Below are positions 1-9,740 of a DNA stretch of 64,000 bases, one piece after another; position 1 is the stretch's first letter; each line of letters starts with the position of its first letter. The notes under the pieces are model-generated. The model was given only the letters and a program-made list of their open reading frames with translations, was not told the DNA's origin and made no database searches. Source of the stretch: a virus. Made by a program: the position numbers and the translations under genes. The stretch is from IMG/VR virus record IMGVR_UViG_3300020183_000011; one strand, given 5' to 3'.

Positions 1-1
1 T

Positions 2-3000
2 GCAACTGGTGCCGCTGGATCTAATGGAGCTGCTGGTGCAACTGGTGCCGCTGGATCTAATGGAGCTGCTGGTGCAACTGGTGCTACTGGTTTAACAGGT
101 GCAAATGGTGCCGATGGTGCTACTGGCCCTCAAGGCGTACAAGGTGCATCAGGTGTAGGTGGTGGCGGATCAAGTGTATTCGCTGTATGTAATACCAATA
201 ATATCGTCAGTTGCCTAAGTGGCTCAGGTGGCACAGGTACTAATAACTTCTTTGCTGGCTCCTGTGCTGGTAATGCTAATACGTCTGGTTATAACAACAT
301 CTTTACGGGTTGCGAAGCCGGTAGTAGTAATACCACTGGCTACAGCAATAATTTCTTTAACTACGGTGCAGGTTATTATAATACCACTGGTCATAACAAT
401 AATTTCATAGGATATCAAGCTGGCTACAATAACACCACTGGTAGCTACAACAACTTCTTTGGCTTCGCCGCTGGTAGAGCCAATGTCGCTGGATGGAATA
501 ACGTGTTTATTGGCAATAATGCGGGTTATTGCAATAATGGCTCCTACAACATCTTCCTAGGCGTGGATGCTGGTAGATATAATACCACTGGCAGTGATAA
601 TACATTTATTGGCCGTGCTGCTGGATATTCCAATACCAATGGCTGTTACAACGTCTTCCTGAGCAGAGATGCTGGTCGCTGCAATACCACTGGTAGTTAC
701 AACGTCTTCCTGGGCAGAGATGCTGGTTATACCAATACCACTGGCCGAGATAATACATTTATTGGCCGTGCTGCTGGATATTCCAATACCAATGGCTGTT
801 ACAACACCTTCTTTGGCCCTCAAGCAGGTTATTGTAATACCACTGGCTGTTACAACACCTTTATTGGTAAGGATGCTGGTAGATATAATACCACTGGTGT
901 TTATAACACCTTTATTGGGCCTCTGGCAGGTTATTGTAATACCACTGGTGCTTATAACACCTTCATTGGCAGATTTGCTGGTAGATATAATACCACTGGT
1001 AGGGACAACACCTTCTTTGGCCCTCAAGCAGGTTATTGTAATACCACTGGTTGTCACAATTTCATGGCTGGTAATGGAGCTGGTAAATATAATAGCACTG
1101 GCTGTTACAACACCTTTATTGGGCTTCTGGCAGGTTATTGTAATACCACTGGTGTTTATAACACCTTTATTGGTAAGGATGCTGGTAGATATAATACCAC
1201 TGGTAGGGACAACACCTTTATTGGGCCTCTGGCAGGTATAAATAATTGCTGTAATGGCAGTGTTTTCATTGGTTGTGTTGCAGGCTGTAGTGCAACTGGT
1301 GCTTATAACGTCTACATAGGATGTAAAGCAGGCGCCATCGCTGGCGGCTGGCACAATGTTTTTCTTGGTAGAAATGCTGGTGGAAACGCAAGTTGTGCTG
1401 GTGACTACAACACGCTAATCGGCGGTCATACTGGTTATAGTATGAGCGGCTGTGAAAATACATTCTTAGGCCGTGGTGCTGGTTGGTATAATTCAGGTAA
1501 TTTTAATATCTTACTTGGTCATTATGCTGGATGTCAAAATACTGGAACCCAAAACATATTCTTTGGTTGCCATGCTGGTTACTGTAACACAGCTGGACTT
1601 TGTAACATATTCATTGGTGCAGCAGCTGGCTGCTGTAACGTAACTGGTGGTAATAACATAGTTATTGGTGATTATACGGGCTCAGGTAATTTCAGCAACA
1701 CCATCTTCTTAAAAGCAGGATCTACCTGCCTAGAGGTGTGTAACAATGGTGACTTGCTAGTCAATGGCTCAGCTGTTGGTGGCGGTGGAGGATCAAGTGT
1801 ATTCCTCCAATGTGGCACTAATAATGTCACTAGTTGCATAAGCGGTCAAGGCGGTAGCGGACAAAATAACTTCTTCGCTGGATTCTGTGCTGGTAGTGCT
1901 AATACCACTGGTAGTTACAACACCTTTATGGGCAGATATGCTGGTAGTGCTAATACCACTGGTAGTTACAACACCTTTATTGGCAGATATGCTGGTAGTG
2001 CTAATACCACTGGTAGTTACAACAACTTCATGGGCAGATTTGCTGGTGTTAATAATACCACTGGTAGTTGCAACATATTCCTAGGCTGTAGTGCTGGTCA
2101 TGAAAACACCACTGGTAACCATAACATTTTCTTTGGAAAAGAGACTGGTAACTGCAACACCACAGGCGGTTACAATCTATTTATGGGCTGGAAAGCTGGT
2201 CGAAATCAAACAGCTGGTAATCAAAACATCATATTCGGGCACTATGCTGGTTTCTATAGCCAGACAGCCTGCGACAACGTATTTATTGGAACACGCTCAG
2301 GATTTGGGGCCACCACTGGCGGTTGTAATGTATTCTTAGGTTATTATTCTGGTCGTTGTGTAACCGCTGGAGCTTGTAACGTAGTTATTGGTAACTACGA
2401 AGGTACAGCTGGTATGTGTAATACCATCTACCTAAAAGCAGGATCTAACTCTCTAGAAGTTTCTGGCAGTGGTTGCTTGCTAGTCAATGGCTCAGCTGTT
2501 TCAAGTGTATTCCTCCAATGTGGCACTAATAATGTCACTAGTTGCATAAGCGGTCAAGGCGGTAGCGGACAAAATAACTTCTTCGCTGGATTCTGTGCTG
2601 GTAGTGCTAATACCACTGGTAGTTACAACACCTTTATGGGCAGTTATGCAGGTGTTAATAATACCACTGGTAGTTGCAACATATTCCTAGGCAGATGTGC
2701 TGGTATGTGTAATACTACTGGTTCTAATAACTTAGTGTTTGGTTGTATAGCAGGTGTCAGCAACAGTGCTGGATTATGTAATCTCACCACGCAGAGTAAC
2801 TTTATAATCATGGGTAATTCAAGCCATACCTGTGCGTTGATACAGACTGCTTGGACAGCGGTGTCTGACTCACGTGATAAATGTATATTTGGAACAGTCC
2901 CACATGGTCGTGGCTTCTTACAAGGGCTAAACCCAATCTCATTCGCATTCAAAGATCGTGAGACAGGTTGCTTGACAGATCCAGACGGTAAACTTCGATA

Positions 3001-3184
3001 TGGTTTCTCAGCCCAAGAAGTGCTAGAACTTGAAGGTGATGCTCCGGTCATAGTATCTACCGAAGATCCTGAAAAACTCAAGATCACCAGCGATTATCTA
3101 ATACCTGTATTAGTTAATGCAGTAAAAGAGCTTTCCGCAGAAGTTGATACATTAAAAGCAAGGCTTGACTCTTTAACAGCATAA
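2..3184 (+). CDS. Tail fibre protein (5'-truncated by the window): collagen-like repeats, Cys-rich 14-aa repeats and C-terminal peptidase S74 intramolecular chaperone
   Basis: The frame is open from nt 2 (ATGAAGSNGAAGATG..., Gly-X-Y) into ORF 503..3184. It has many GxxAGxxNTTGxxNxF repeats, and the C-terminus SDSRDK...YGFSAQE...LVNAVKELSAEVDTLKARL is typical of S74 chaperones. Confidence 0.85.
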   Translation, partial: ATGAAGSNGAAGATGAAGSNGAAGATGATGLTGANGADGATGPQGVQGASGVGGGGSSVFAVCNTNNIVSCLSGSGGTGTNNFFAGSCAGNANTSGYNNIFTGCEAGSSNTTGYSNNFFNYGAGYYNTTGHNNNFIGYQAGYNNTTGSYNNFFGFAAGRANVAGWNNVFIGNNAGYCNNGSYNIFLGVDAGRYNTTGSDNTFIGRAAGYSNTNGCYNVFLSRDAGRCNTTGSYNVFLGRDAGYTNTTGRDNTFIGRAAGYSNTNGCYNTFFGPQAGYCNTTGCYNTFIGKDAGRYNTTGVYNTFIGPLAGYCNTTGAYNTFIGRFAGRYNTTGRDNTFFGPQAGYCNTTGCHNFMAGNGAGKYNSTGCYNTFIGLLAGYCNTTGVYNTFIGKDAGRYNTTGRDNTFIGPLAGINNCCNGSVFIGCVAGCSATGAYNVYIGCKAGAIAGGWHNVFLGRNAGGNASCAGDYNTLIGGHTGYSMSGCENTFLGRGAGWYNSGNFNILLGHYAGCQNTGTQNIFFGCHAGYCNTAGLCNIFIGAAAGCCNVTGGNNIVIGDYTGSGNFSNTIFLKAGSTCLEVCNNGDLLVNGSAVGGGGGSSVFLQCGTNNVTSCISGQGGSGQNNFFAGFCAGSANTTGSYNTFMGRYAGSANTTGSYNTFIGRYAGSANTTGSYNNFMGRFAGVNNTTGSCNIFLGCSAGHENTTGNHNIFFGKETGNCNTTGGYNLFMGWKAGRNQTAGNQNIIFGHYAGFYSQTACDNVFIGTRSGFGATTGGCNVFLGYYSGRCVTAGACNVVIGNYEGTAGMCNTIYLKAGSNSLEVSGSGCLLVNGSAVSSVFLQCGTNNVTSCISGQGGSGQNNFFAGFCAGSANTTGSYNTFMGSYAGVNNTTGSCNIFLGRCAGMCNTTGSNNLVFGCIAGVSNSAGLCNLTTQSNFIIMGNSSHTCALIQTAWTAVSDSRDKCIFGTVPHGRGFLQGLNPISFAFKDRETGCLTDPDGKLRYGFSAQEVLELEGDAPVIVSTEDPEKLKITSDYLIPVLVNAVKELSAEVDTLKARLDSLTA
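1793..1935 (+). repeat. 143-bp exact direct repeat, copy 1 (within tail fibre)
   Basis: tcaagtgtattcctccaatg...cacctttatgggcag is identical to 2501..2643. Confidence 0.9.
2501..2643 (+). repeat. 143-bp exact direct repeat, copy 2 (within tail fibre)
   Basis: Identical to 1793..1935. Confidence 0.9.
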
Positions 3185-3188
3185 TAAT

Positions 3189-3217
3189 TGTACTTTAATT
3201 AAGGAAGCATATATAAT
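3189..3217 (+). promoter_or_regulatory. Sigma70-type promoter TGTACT-N17-TATAAT
   Basis: -35 at 3189-3194, -10 at 3212-3217; member of a recurrent motif family. Confidence 0.6.
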
Positions 3218-3236
3218 AGTATATGCTTCCTTTTTT
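3201..3236 (+). terminator. Intrinsic terminator after tail fibre gene
   Basis: AAGGAAGCATATA-taatag-TATATGCTTCCTT followed by a T run. Confidence 0.8.
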
Positions 3237-3256
3237 ATGCATGCTTATTAAATAAT

Positions 3257-3285
3257 TGTACTATAAATAAAAAGTATTATATAAT
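3257..3285 (+). promoter_or_regulatory. TGTACT-N17-TATAAT promoter overlapping a T4-type late promoter TATAAATA (3262-3269)
   Basis: Both motifs are seen upstream of ORF 3307. Confidence 0.65.
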
Positions 3286-3306
3286 ATTAAATAAATTGAG
3301 TATATT

Positions 3307-3951
3307 ATGAAAAATATATTAATAGCTACCCCAGCTCTTACACAAAAAGTAGACGCATACTTTGTTCATAGCTTATGTGAATCCATTAAGTTAGGATTGA
3401 AGCATGATTTAAACATACGATGCGTATTTTTGTCTTTAGAGAGCATTCTCCCCATGGCAAGAAACGAACTATTAAATCTTGCTTACTTAGAAAAGTATGA
3501 TGCAACTGTCTTTATTGATGATGACGAATATTGGTCTGCACAAAGTTTAATTGACATTTTATTATCAGAAAAAGATGTTATTACATTGCCAGTAATCAAT
3601 AAAGATGATAAGAAAAAGGTTTATAATATCGTTTTATCTGATAAAAATGTAATAGATCCTGCAGATGGATATTTAAAAGTTGATAAAGCTGGCACAGGAT
3701 TCTTAAAACTGTCTAAGAAAGTCGTAGAAGATTTATGGCATTCTAATCCAGAACTTAGTTTTAGAAATAATAAATTAAAAAATATATGTGAATATACATA
3801 TAATAATGGAAGTTTTATTGGTGAAGATATTACTCTTAGTACTAAAATAAAAGAATTGGGATATACTATTTGGTGTAATCCTAATGATACAGTGTCTCAC
3901 ATAGGTATTAAAATGTATGAAGGTGATTTTAAAAAAGATCATAAACTATGA
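3307..3951 (+). CDS. Glycosyltransferase (GT-A fold, GT2-like)
   Basis: ILIATP, ARNEL, FIDDD (DxD), GTGFLKL, GEDI, VSHIG motifs. Confidence 0.75.
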   Translation: MKNILIATPALTQKVDAYFVHSLCESIKLGLKHDLNIRCVFLSLESILPMARNELLNLAYLEKYDATVFIDDDEYWSAQSLIDILLSEKDVITLPVINKDDKKKVYNIVLSDKNVIDPADGYLKVDKAGTGFLKLSKKVVEDLWHSNPELSFRNNKLKNICEYTYNNGSFIGEDITLSTKIKELGYTIWCNPNDTVSHIGIKMYEGDFKKDHKL

Positions 3952-4709
3952 TAGATGTTGTTATTCCTACGATGTGGATAGTAAAAGATGTTGTAAGTAG
4001 ATTAGAAAAATATATTGAATGTCCACTAATTAATAAGATAATATTGATTGATAATAACCCTAAAAAACGGCCTAAGTCATCTATTTTTAATAATCCTAAA
4101 ATTGAACTAGTTTGCTATGGATCAAATATCTATGTAAATCCAGCATGGAATGAAGGCTATTTAAGATCTACTTCAGATGTCATAGCAATTATAAATGATG
4201 ACATACTAGTAGATTCTGATATTTTTTATATGGTTAAAAACTTTAATCTAAAAGCTGGAGAAATGATTGGGGTAGATCTTAAAGGATATAAAGATAATTT
4301 CAAAATAGATGATGTCATTGATACTAAAGAAGAGATCGTAGATTTCAATTATAACAAAAATTATCCAATAGGTGGCCAAGCTTGGGCATTTGGTATATGC
4401 ATGTTTATTCATAAGCATACATATAAACTAATTCCAAGTCTTTATAAAATTTGGTTTGGAGACGATTATTTAGCGCAACATGCTACTAAAGTATATGCTA
4501 TTCATAGCAATAAAATTAAAGGTGAAATCTCTGAAACTTTAAAAGAATTAACATTAAATAATATAGAAGGTGAAGTACACAAGCGCATAGAGTTGGACTG
4601 TAGAAATCTTGTTAGGTTTGATCATTTTATTAATGGTGAAAATTGGGATATTGCTGCAGGTATGATAAAGATGATAGATCAAAAGCAATCTAAAAAAACA
4701 TATAAATAA
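3948..4709 (+). CDS. GT2-family glycosyltransferase
   Basis: IDVVIPT, ILIDN, NPAWNEG, INDD, WFGDD motifs. Confidence 0.8.
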   Translation: MIDVVIPTMWIVKDVVSRLEKYIECPLINKIILIDNNPKKRPKSSIFNNPKIELVCYGSNIYVNPAWNEGYLRSTSDVIAIINDDILVDSDIFYMVKNFNLKAGEMIGVDLKGYKDNFKIDDVIDTKEEIVDFNYNKNYPIGGQAWAFGICMFIHKHTYKLIPSLYKIWFGDDYLAQHATKVYAIHSNKIKGEISETLKELTLNNIEGEVHKRIELDCRNLVRFDHFINGENWDIAAGMIKMIDQKQSKKTYK

Positions 4710-4759
4710 ACTTAAGTGACATTTTATTATAATTTTATATATTAGAAAGAGTAGATCAA

Positions 4760-5656
4760 ATGAAATATAGCATTTTTCATATTCAAGGTGGACTTGGTAA
4801 ACATGTGGCGGCTACAGCCGTTGCTAAAGCCATCAAGAACAATCATCCAGATCGTCAATTAATAATAGTATGTGCATATCCTGATGTATTTCTAAATCTA
4901 GATTATGTAGATCGTGTATACAAGATTGGAGGTACTCAATACTTCTATCAAGAATATGTGCACGAAAAAGATTCCATAATTTTTCATAATGAACCATACT
5001 ATACAACCAATCATATTCATAGAAAAAAGCGTCTAATAGAAAATTGGTGTGATATGTATGGTTTAAAATATGATGGAGAATTACCTAAAGTTAAGTTTAA
5101 TACTTTACAATTTAATCTTTCTAAAAACTTTTGGAGTAAAAAGAAACCTTTAATGGTTATCCATACTAATGGAGGTCTTATGTCTTTAGATGCTAAGCCT
5201 TATGCATGGACACGAGATATGCCATTTGATATAGCTCAAGAATTGGTAAATCATTATAAAAAAGATTATCATATATATCAAGTAACAAAGATGAACTCTA
5301 GAAAATTAGAAGGTGCTGATCACATCTTTGCTACAGATAAACAAGCATTAAGTACTCCTGAATTTTTTAGTTTAATGTTGCATACTAAAAAACGAATATT
5401 AATTGACTCATGTTTACAACACGTTGCTGCAGCTATGAATTTAAAATCAACTGTATTATGGAATGGTACTAGCCCTAAAGTATTTGGATATGATATCCAT
5501 GATAATATATGTACTGATGTACCATATGATTTTAAATTACCTGGGAGCTATCTATTTGACTTTGACTTCAATGGAAATGAATTAGAGTATCCATTTGCTG
5601 AGGACGTTAAGTTATTTGATATTAATAAAATCATTGAATCAGTGGACAAACAATAA
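4760..5656 (+). CDS. GT-B glycosyltransferase (GT9/heptosyltransferase-like)
   Basis: GGLGKHV N-terminal loop and IDSCLQHVAAAM...TVLWNGTSPKVFGY resemble the GT9 DSG..H.A.A...LFGPT motif; late promoter at 4701-4708. Confidence 0.7.
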   Translation: MKYSIFHIQGGLGKHVAATAVAKAIKNNHPDRQLIIVCAYPDVFLNLDYVDRVYKIGGTQYFYQEYVHEKDSIIFHNEPYYTTNHIHRKKRLIENWCDMYGLKYDGELPKVKFNTLQFNLSKNFWSKKKPLMVIHTNGGLMSLDAKPYAWTRDMPFDIAQELVNHYKKDYHIYQVTKMNSRKLEGADHIFATDKQALSTPEFFSLMLHTKKRILIDSCLQHVAAAMNLKSTVLWNGTSPKVFGYDIHDNICTDVPYDFKLPGSYLFDFDFNGNELEYPFAEDVKLFDINKIIESVDKQ

Positions 5657-5657
5657 A

Positions 5658-6560
5658 ATGGCAGATAAAACTTATTATTTTATGGCAGGTTTGCCTAGAT
5701 CAGGTAGTACATTACTATCTGCTATTTTAAACCAAAATCCGGATATCTATTCAGGACCCAGTTCTCCAGTTACTGGTTGGATGGTTTCTTTAGAAAACAT
5801 GATATCAAATGATGAATTATTCTTAGCATATCCAAAGTTTAAACAAGGGAAAGAGATCATAGCAAGTGTATTAGAACACTATTATGCAGATATTAATAAA
5901 CCCGTTATCATAGATAAAAATCGTTCATGGGTTAATAGACTGCATTATATCCCTGGATATTTTGGAATAGAACCTAAAGTGCTATGCCCTGTTAGAAATA
6001 TAGATGAGATATTAACATCATTTATATCCATGCATCGACGTAATCCATACCAATCAAATGGTAAGATTAATTTTATGGATGATATGTTAGTGAAAAGTAA
6101 TATACCTTTGACTGATGATAATAGATGCCGATTTTTAGCTAGCCCAAATGGTATCTTAGGTCAAAGTTATAATGGATTAAAAGATGCTCTCATGCAAGGT
6201 CGTGAAAAACAACTTCATTTTATTGAATACAAAGATCTTGTTAATAATCCTAAAGAAACTATACAGAAGATTTATGACTATTTAGAACTACCATACTTTG
6301 AACATGACTTTACTAACTTAGTAAATTTACATCAAGAAAACGATTCAGCTGTTTATGGTGTATCAGATATGCATTCTGTTAGGAAAGATCTTAAGTCTGT
6401 TTCAGCTGATCCGCAAGAAGTATTATCAGAATTTATTTTAAACCAATGTAAAGATGCTGAATTTTGGAGAAACTTAGGTGAGTTTAATTTTAATGACACT
6501 AATAGTGAACAGCCAAATGAAGAATCAGTATCTGAAGGAAATTTTAATATTATAGGATAA
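5658..6560 (+). CDS. Sulfotransferase family protein
   Basis: GLPRSGSTLL 5'-PSB loop, IIDKNRSW, VRNIDEILTS, YKDLVNNP. Start placed at ATG 5658, just after the upstream stop. Confidence 0.85.
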   Translation: MADKTYYFMAGLPRSGSTLLSAILNQNPDIYSGPSSPVTGWMVSLENMISNDELFLAYPKFKQGKEIIASVLEHYYADINKPVIIDKNRSWVNRLHYIPGYFGIEPKVLCPVRNIDEILTSFISMHRRNPYQSNGKINFMDDMLVKSNIPLTDDNRCRFLASPNGILGQSYNGLKDALMQGREKQLHFIEYKDLVNNPKETIQKIYDYLELPYFEHDFTNLVNLHQENDSAVYGVSDMHSVRKDLKSVSADPQEVLSEFILNQCKDAEFWRNLGEFNFNDTNSEQPNEESVSEGNFNIIG

Positions 6561-6566
6561 TTTATC

Positions 6567-7334
6567 ATGGATAATAATGATATCGTTGTAATAACTGGTG
6601 GGTTTGATCCATTACATTCTGGTCATATAGATTACATTAATGCTGCAGCGGAACTTGGAAGAGTTGTTGTAGGAGTAAATTCTGACGAATGGTTGACTCG
6701 TAAGAAGGGTCGAGCATTTTTACCAATAGAAGAACGTCTAAGCATATTAAAGAACATCAAGAACGTAATGATGGCTTTACCTATAGATGATTCTGATGGC
6801 ACCGCAAAAGATGCTATCAGACAAGCTAGGCATTGGTTTCCCAAAAACAAAATCATATTCGCAAATGGTGGTGATAGATCACATGAGAATATTCCTGAAA
6901 TGGATTATCCAGATGGCGGCGTTGAGTTTGTTTTTGGTATAGGTGGAGATAATAAAAAGAATTCAAGCTCATGGATCTTATCAGAATGGAAAGCCCCTAA
7001 GACTGAACGACTATGGGGATACTATAGGATCTTACATACAGAAGGCCATCAAGTCAAGGTCAAGGAACTAGTTGTAGACCCTGGTAAGTCTTTAAGTATG
7101 CAGAGACATGCTAAACGAAATGAATACTGGCTCATATCAGAGGGTGAAGCCACAGTCTATAATGGCGATGAAGAGCTCACAGTAGACAAACATGATAATC
7201 TCAGCATATCTGTAGGTGAATGGCATCAGTTATCCAATAAGACTGATAAACCACTTAAGATAATTGAGATACAGTATGGCACTTTATGTGATGAGGCCGA
7301 TATTGAAAGATCATCTGATACCGTTCAAGTTTAA
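6567..7334 (+). CDS. Cytidylyltransferase (RfaE/TagD-like) fused to a cupin (mannose-6-phosphate isomerase C-terminal type)
   Basis: TGGFDPLHSGH (HxGH), NSDEWLTRKKG, ANGGDR; C-terminal RLWGYY...SLSMQRH..RNEYW...WHQL...EIQYG. Confidence 0.85.
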   Translation: MDNNDIVVITGGFDPLHSGHIDYINAAAELGRVVVGVNSDEWLTRKKGRAFLPIEERLSILKNIKNVMMALPIDDSDGTAKDAIRQARHWFPKNKIIFANGGDRSHENIPEMDYPDGGVEFVFGIGGDNKKNSSSWILSEWKAPKTERLWGYYRILHTEGHQVKVKELVVDPGKSLSMQRHAKRNEYWLISEGEATVYNGDEELTVDKHDNLSISVGEWHQLSNKTDKPLKIIEIQYGTLCDEADIERSSDTVQV

Positions 7335-7665
7335 GTCTGAACACCCTAAGACATGGTTCTTTGATCTTGACGGCACAATCTTAGAGTATAACCTAATATT
7401 CTCTGCTGTGGGTAAAGATAAACTATTACCTGGTGTCAAAGAACTATGGGATACGATACCTAAAGAAGACTATATAGTATTAGTAACTGCAAGACCCAAC
7501 TATCTTAAGGACGTTACATTAAAGTACTTAAAGAAGAAAGGTATACGGTTTGATCATGTCATCTTTGACTTACCAAGAGGAGAACGTATAATTGTCAATG
7601 ATGATAAACCTGATGGGACAAAGACTGCATTAGTATGGTGTGTTGAAAGGAATAAAGGATTTTGA
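7303..7665 (+). CDS. Small HAD-superfamily phosphatase
   Basis: FFDLDGT, VTAR, IVNDDKP motifs. TTG start with GAGG RBS is tentative (ORF open from 7264). Confidence 0.7.
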   Translation: MKDHLIPFKFKSEHPKTWFFDLDGTILEYNLIFSAVGKDKLLPGVKELWDTIPKEDYIVLVTARPNYLKDVTLKYLKKKGIRFDHVIFDLPRGERIIVNDDKPDGTKTALVWCVERNKGF

Positions 7666-8084
7666 AGATATTAATCATGGGTCTACCAGGTTCTGGTAAG
7701 ACATGGCTAGCAGAAGAGCTCAAGCGTTTACTCAACGAAGACTCTAAGACAGTCTTATGGCTTAATGCTGATAAGATACGAGAACTATATAATGACTGGG
7801 ACTTTAGTACAGAAGGTAGGATACGACAAGCTCAACGTATGGCTGCAATGGCAGAGGTATCAGACGATGATTATACTATAGCAGACTTCGTATGCCCTCT
7901 TCCACAGATGCGGGAACTATTTAAAGCAGACTTCACCATATGGGTAGACACCATAGAGACTAGTCGATTCGAAGACACAAACAAAGCATTTCAAAAACCT
8001 GACACGTTCGATGTTAGGGTCACAGAGCAAGACCATAAAAAGTGGGCTAAGATCATAAAAGACAAGTTAGATTTATATAAATAA
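7662..8084 (+). CDS. Adenylylsulfate (APS) kinase-like P-loop kinase
   Basis: GLPGSGKT, LNADKIR, DWDFSTEGRIRQA, ADFVCP match the CysC pattern (LDGD.IR...DLGFS..DR..N..R...ISP). Confidence 0.75.
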   Translation: MKILIMGLPGSGKTWLAEELKRLLNEDSKTVLWLNADKIRELYNDWDFSTEGRIRQAQRMAAMAEVSDDDYTIADFVCPLPQMRELFKADFTIWVDTIETSRFEDTNKAFQKPDTFDVRVTEQDHKKWAKIIKDKLDLYK

Positions 8085-8114
8085 CTGTACAATAAATAAA
8101 AACTATATTATAAT
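8076..8114 (+). promoter_or_regulatory. Late promoter TATAAATA (8076-8083) followed by TGTACA-N17-TATAAT promoter (8086-8114)
   Basis: Motifs seen directly. Confidence 0.7.
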
Positions 8115-8138
8115 CATATTATAAACTGAGGATTATCT

Positions 8139-9740
8139 ATGTCACGTGTGAAGATCCATACAGTTGATCAGCCCGATTCAGACACAACAACATTCGTATT
8201 AAGCTGCAATAGATTAGATGTCTTAGCTAAGACTCTGTCATCTTTCTTTGAGACTCAAGACTATGTAACAAAGATGGTGATACTTGACGACTCTGCCGAA
8301 CCTGGTGTTTATGAGCATCTTGTAGAAGAGTATGGAGATATATGTGACGTCATATGCTTCCCTCGTAATAGGTCTCAGTGGTTTGCCATGGATTTCATGG
8401 TATCCTACTGTGATTCAGAATACATATTCTATCTTGAAGATGACTGGGAACTTACCCAACCTGGTTACCTCAACAAATCAAAAGCAATCTTACAAAAATA
8501 TCGAGACGTAGGTGTCGTTGACATCTCATGGAGAACCTTTGAGTTCCAAGGCATAGACTCATATCATAAAGGTCTAGTAGACAACATGTTCTATTGGAAG
8601 AAGCCTTGGAAGATCACTGACGGTCATGTTGCATGGCATGCATGGGTCGGATCACCAAACCTTAGACGTAGAGACGACCTTATCATGTTAGGTCGTGTAG
8701 AGAAGTGGCACAACGAATGGAACATCGATCGTAAATTCACTGCACTAGGTTTCAAAGGCGTGTTCTTAAACGGTGAGTACTCAAGACACCTTGGTGATAA
8801 GTGCTCTAAGATGGATGGCAAACGACCAGACGACTCTAAGGTACCATATGACTTCTATCCAAAAGAAGTACTAGCAAACCGTCGAGCTCCTATGATTAAC
8901 TATAGAGAGATGGACTGGATCTATGAGTATCCTGCAGACGTGACGCTTGTTACCATGGCGGTTGACATCAACCGTGGAGATCGTACGTTTGAAGAGCATT
9001 ACATTAAGGGATTAGATCACTTATTATCTGTACGTAACCCGCTAGTCGTCTATGCAGATCCTAAGTACCATGACTATATTCGTCAAAGACGCAGACAACT
9101 TAGTATCGCCACATCAAATAATCGTGTTGAGTGCAGGTCATTGACGTTAGAAGACATCAAGCTTAACACCCCGTTCAATGAAGTACAGAACATAATCAAT
9201 GATCCTAAATGGATAACTCAGTCTGATTGGATAAAAGGTTCTGCTTTAACAAACCCGTACTATATACCATTAACACTCATTAAGAATAAGCTGCTACAAG
9301 ACGTAGCAGAACAAAACCCACTAGGTTCTAAACGATTCTATTGGATAGATTCAGGTATGTCAAGAAGTTTTGGTGTGACAGAGCCAATCCAAACGTATAA
9401 CTTCTTGTTCTTACCGAAGGATAAGTTCTTTTTGACATCATACCCATACAACACTGACACCGAGATCCATGGATGTGGTATAAATACAATGACAGCCATA
9501 GCTAAGACAAAACCTAACTATGTTTGTCGAGCCACATTGTTTGGTGGTTCTAAAGACCAGATCGTAGAGTTTAATAAGTACTACTATGAGATCATAAGAC
9601 AGTTATTAGATCAAAACACGATCGGCACTGAAGAAGCAGTATATACATTAGTTGAGATGATAAAACCTGAACTAGTAAATCGGTATGCAATGCCAAACGG
9701 TGATATTAAGAATTACTTAAATACTATAAGGAATAGATGA
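8139..9740 (+). CDS. GT2-like glycosyltransferase fused to an HtrL/YibB-like domain
   Basis: N-terminal SCNRLD, ILDDS, LEDDW; C-terminal VTLVT, NPYY, KNKLLQDV...NP, WIDSG, GTEE resemble the HtrL_YibB family. Confidence 0.7.
   Translation: MSRVKIHTVDQPDSDTTTFVLSCNRLDVLAKTLSSFFETQDYVTKMVILDDSAEPGVYEHLVEEYGDICDVICFPRNRSQWFAMDFMVSYCDSEYIFYLEDDWELTQPGYLNKSKAILQKYRDVGVVDISWRTFEFQGIDSYHKGLVDNMFYWKKPWKITDGHVAWHAWVGSPNLRRRDDLIMLGRVEKWHNEWNIDRKFTALGFKGVFLNGEYSRHLGDKCSKMDGKRPDDSKVPYDFYPKEVLANRRAPMINYREMDWIYEYPADVTLVTMAVDINRGDRTFEEHYIKGLDHLLSVRNPLVVYADPKYHDYIRQRRRQLSIATSNNRVECRSLTLEDIKLNTPFNEVQNIINDPKWITQSDWIKGSALTNPYYIPLTLIKNKLLQDVAEQNPLGSKRFYWIDSGMSRSFGVTEPIQTYNFLFLPKDKFFLTSYPYNTDTEIHGCGINTMTAIAKTKPNYVCRATLFGGSKDQIVEFNKYYYEIIRQLLDQNTIGTEEAVYTLVEMIKPELVNRYAMPNGDIKNYLNTIRNR

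Noticed and set aside
219-2339. Alternative-frame and antisense ORFs over the tail fibre (219, 224, 557, 669, 1887, 2091)
   Set aside because: These are shadow ORFs caused by the repetitive codon pattern; they have no RBS and no family motifs.
500-2700. Regularly spaced 42-nt repeats resembling a CRISPR array or a DGR template/variable pair
   Set aside because: They are in-frame coding repeats of the tail fibre with no unique spacers. The long duplicate is identical rather than adenine-mutated, and no cas or reverse transcriptase gene is visible.
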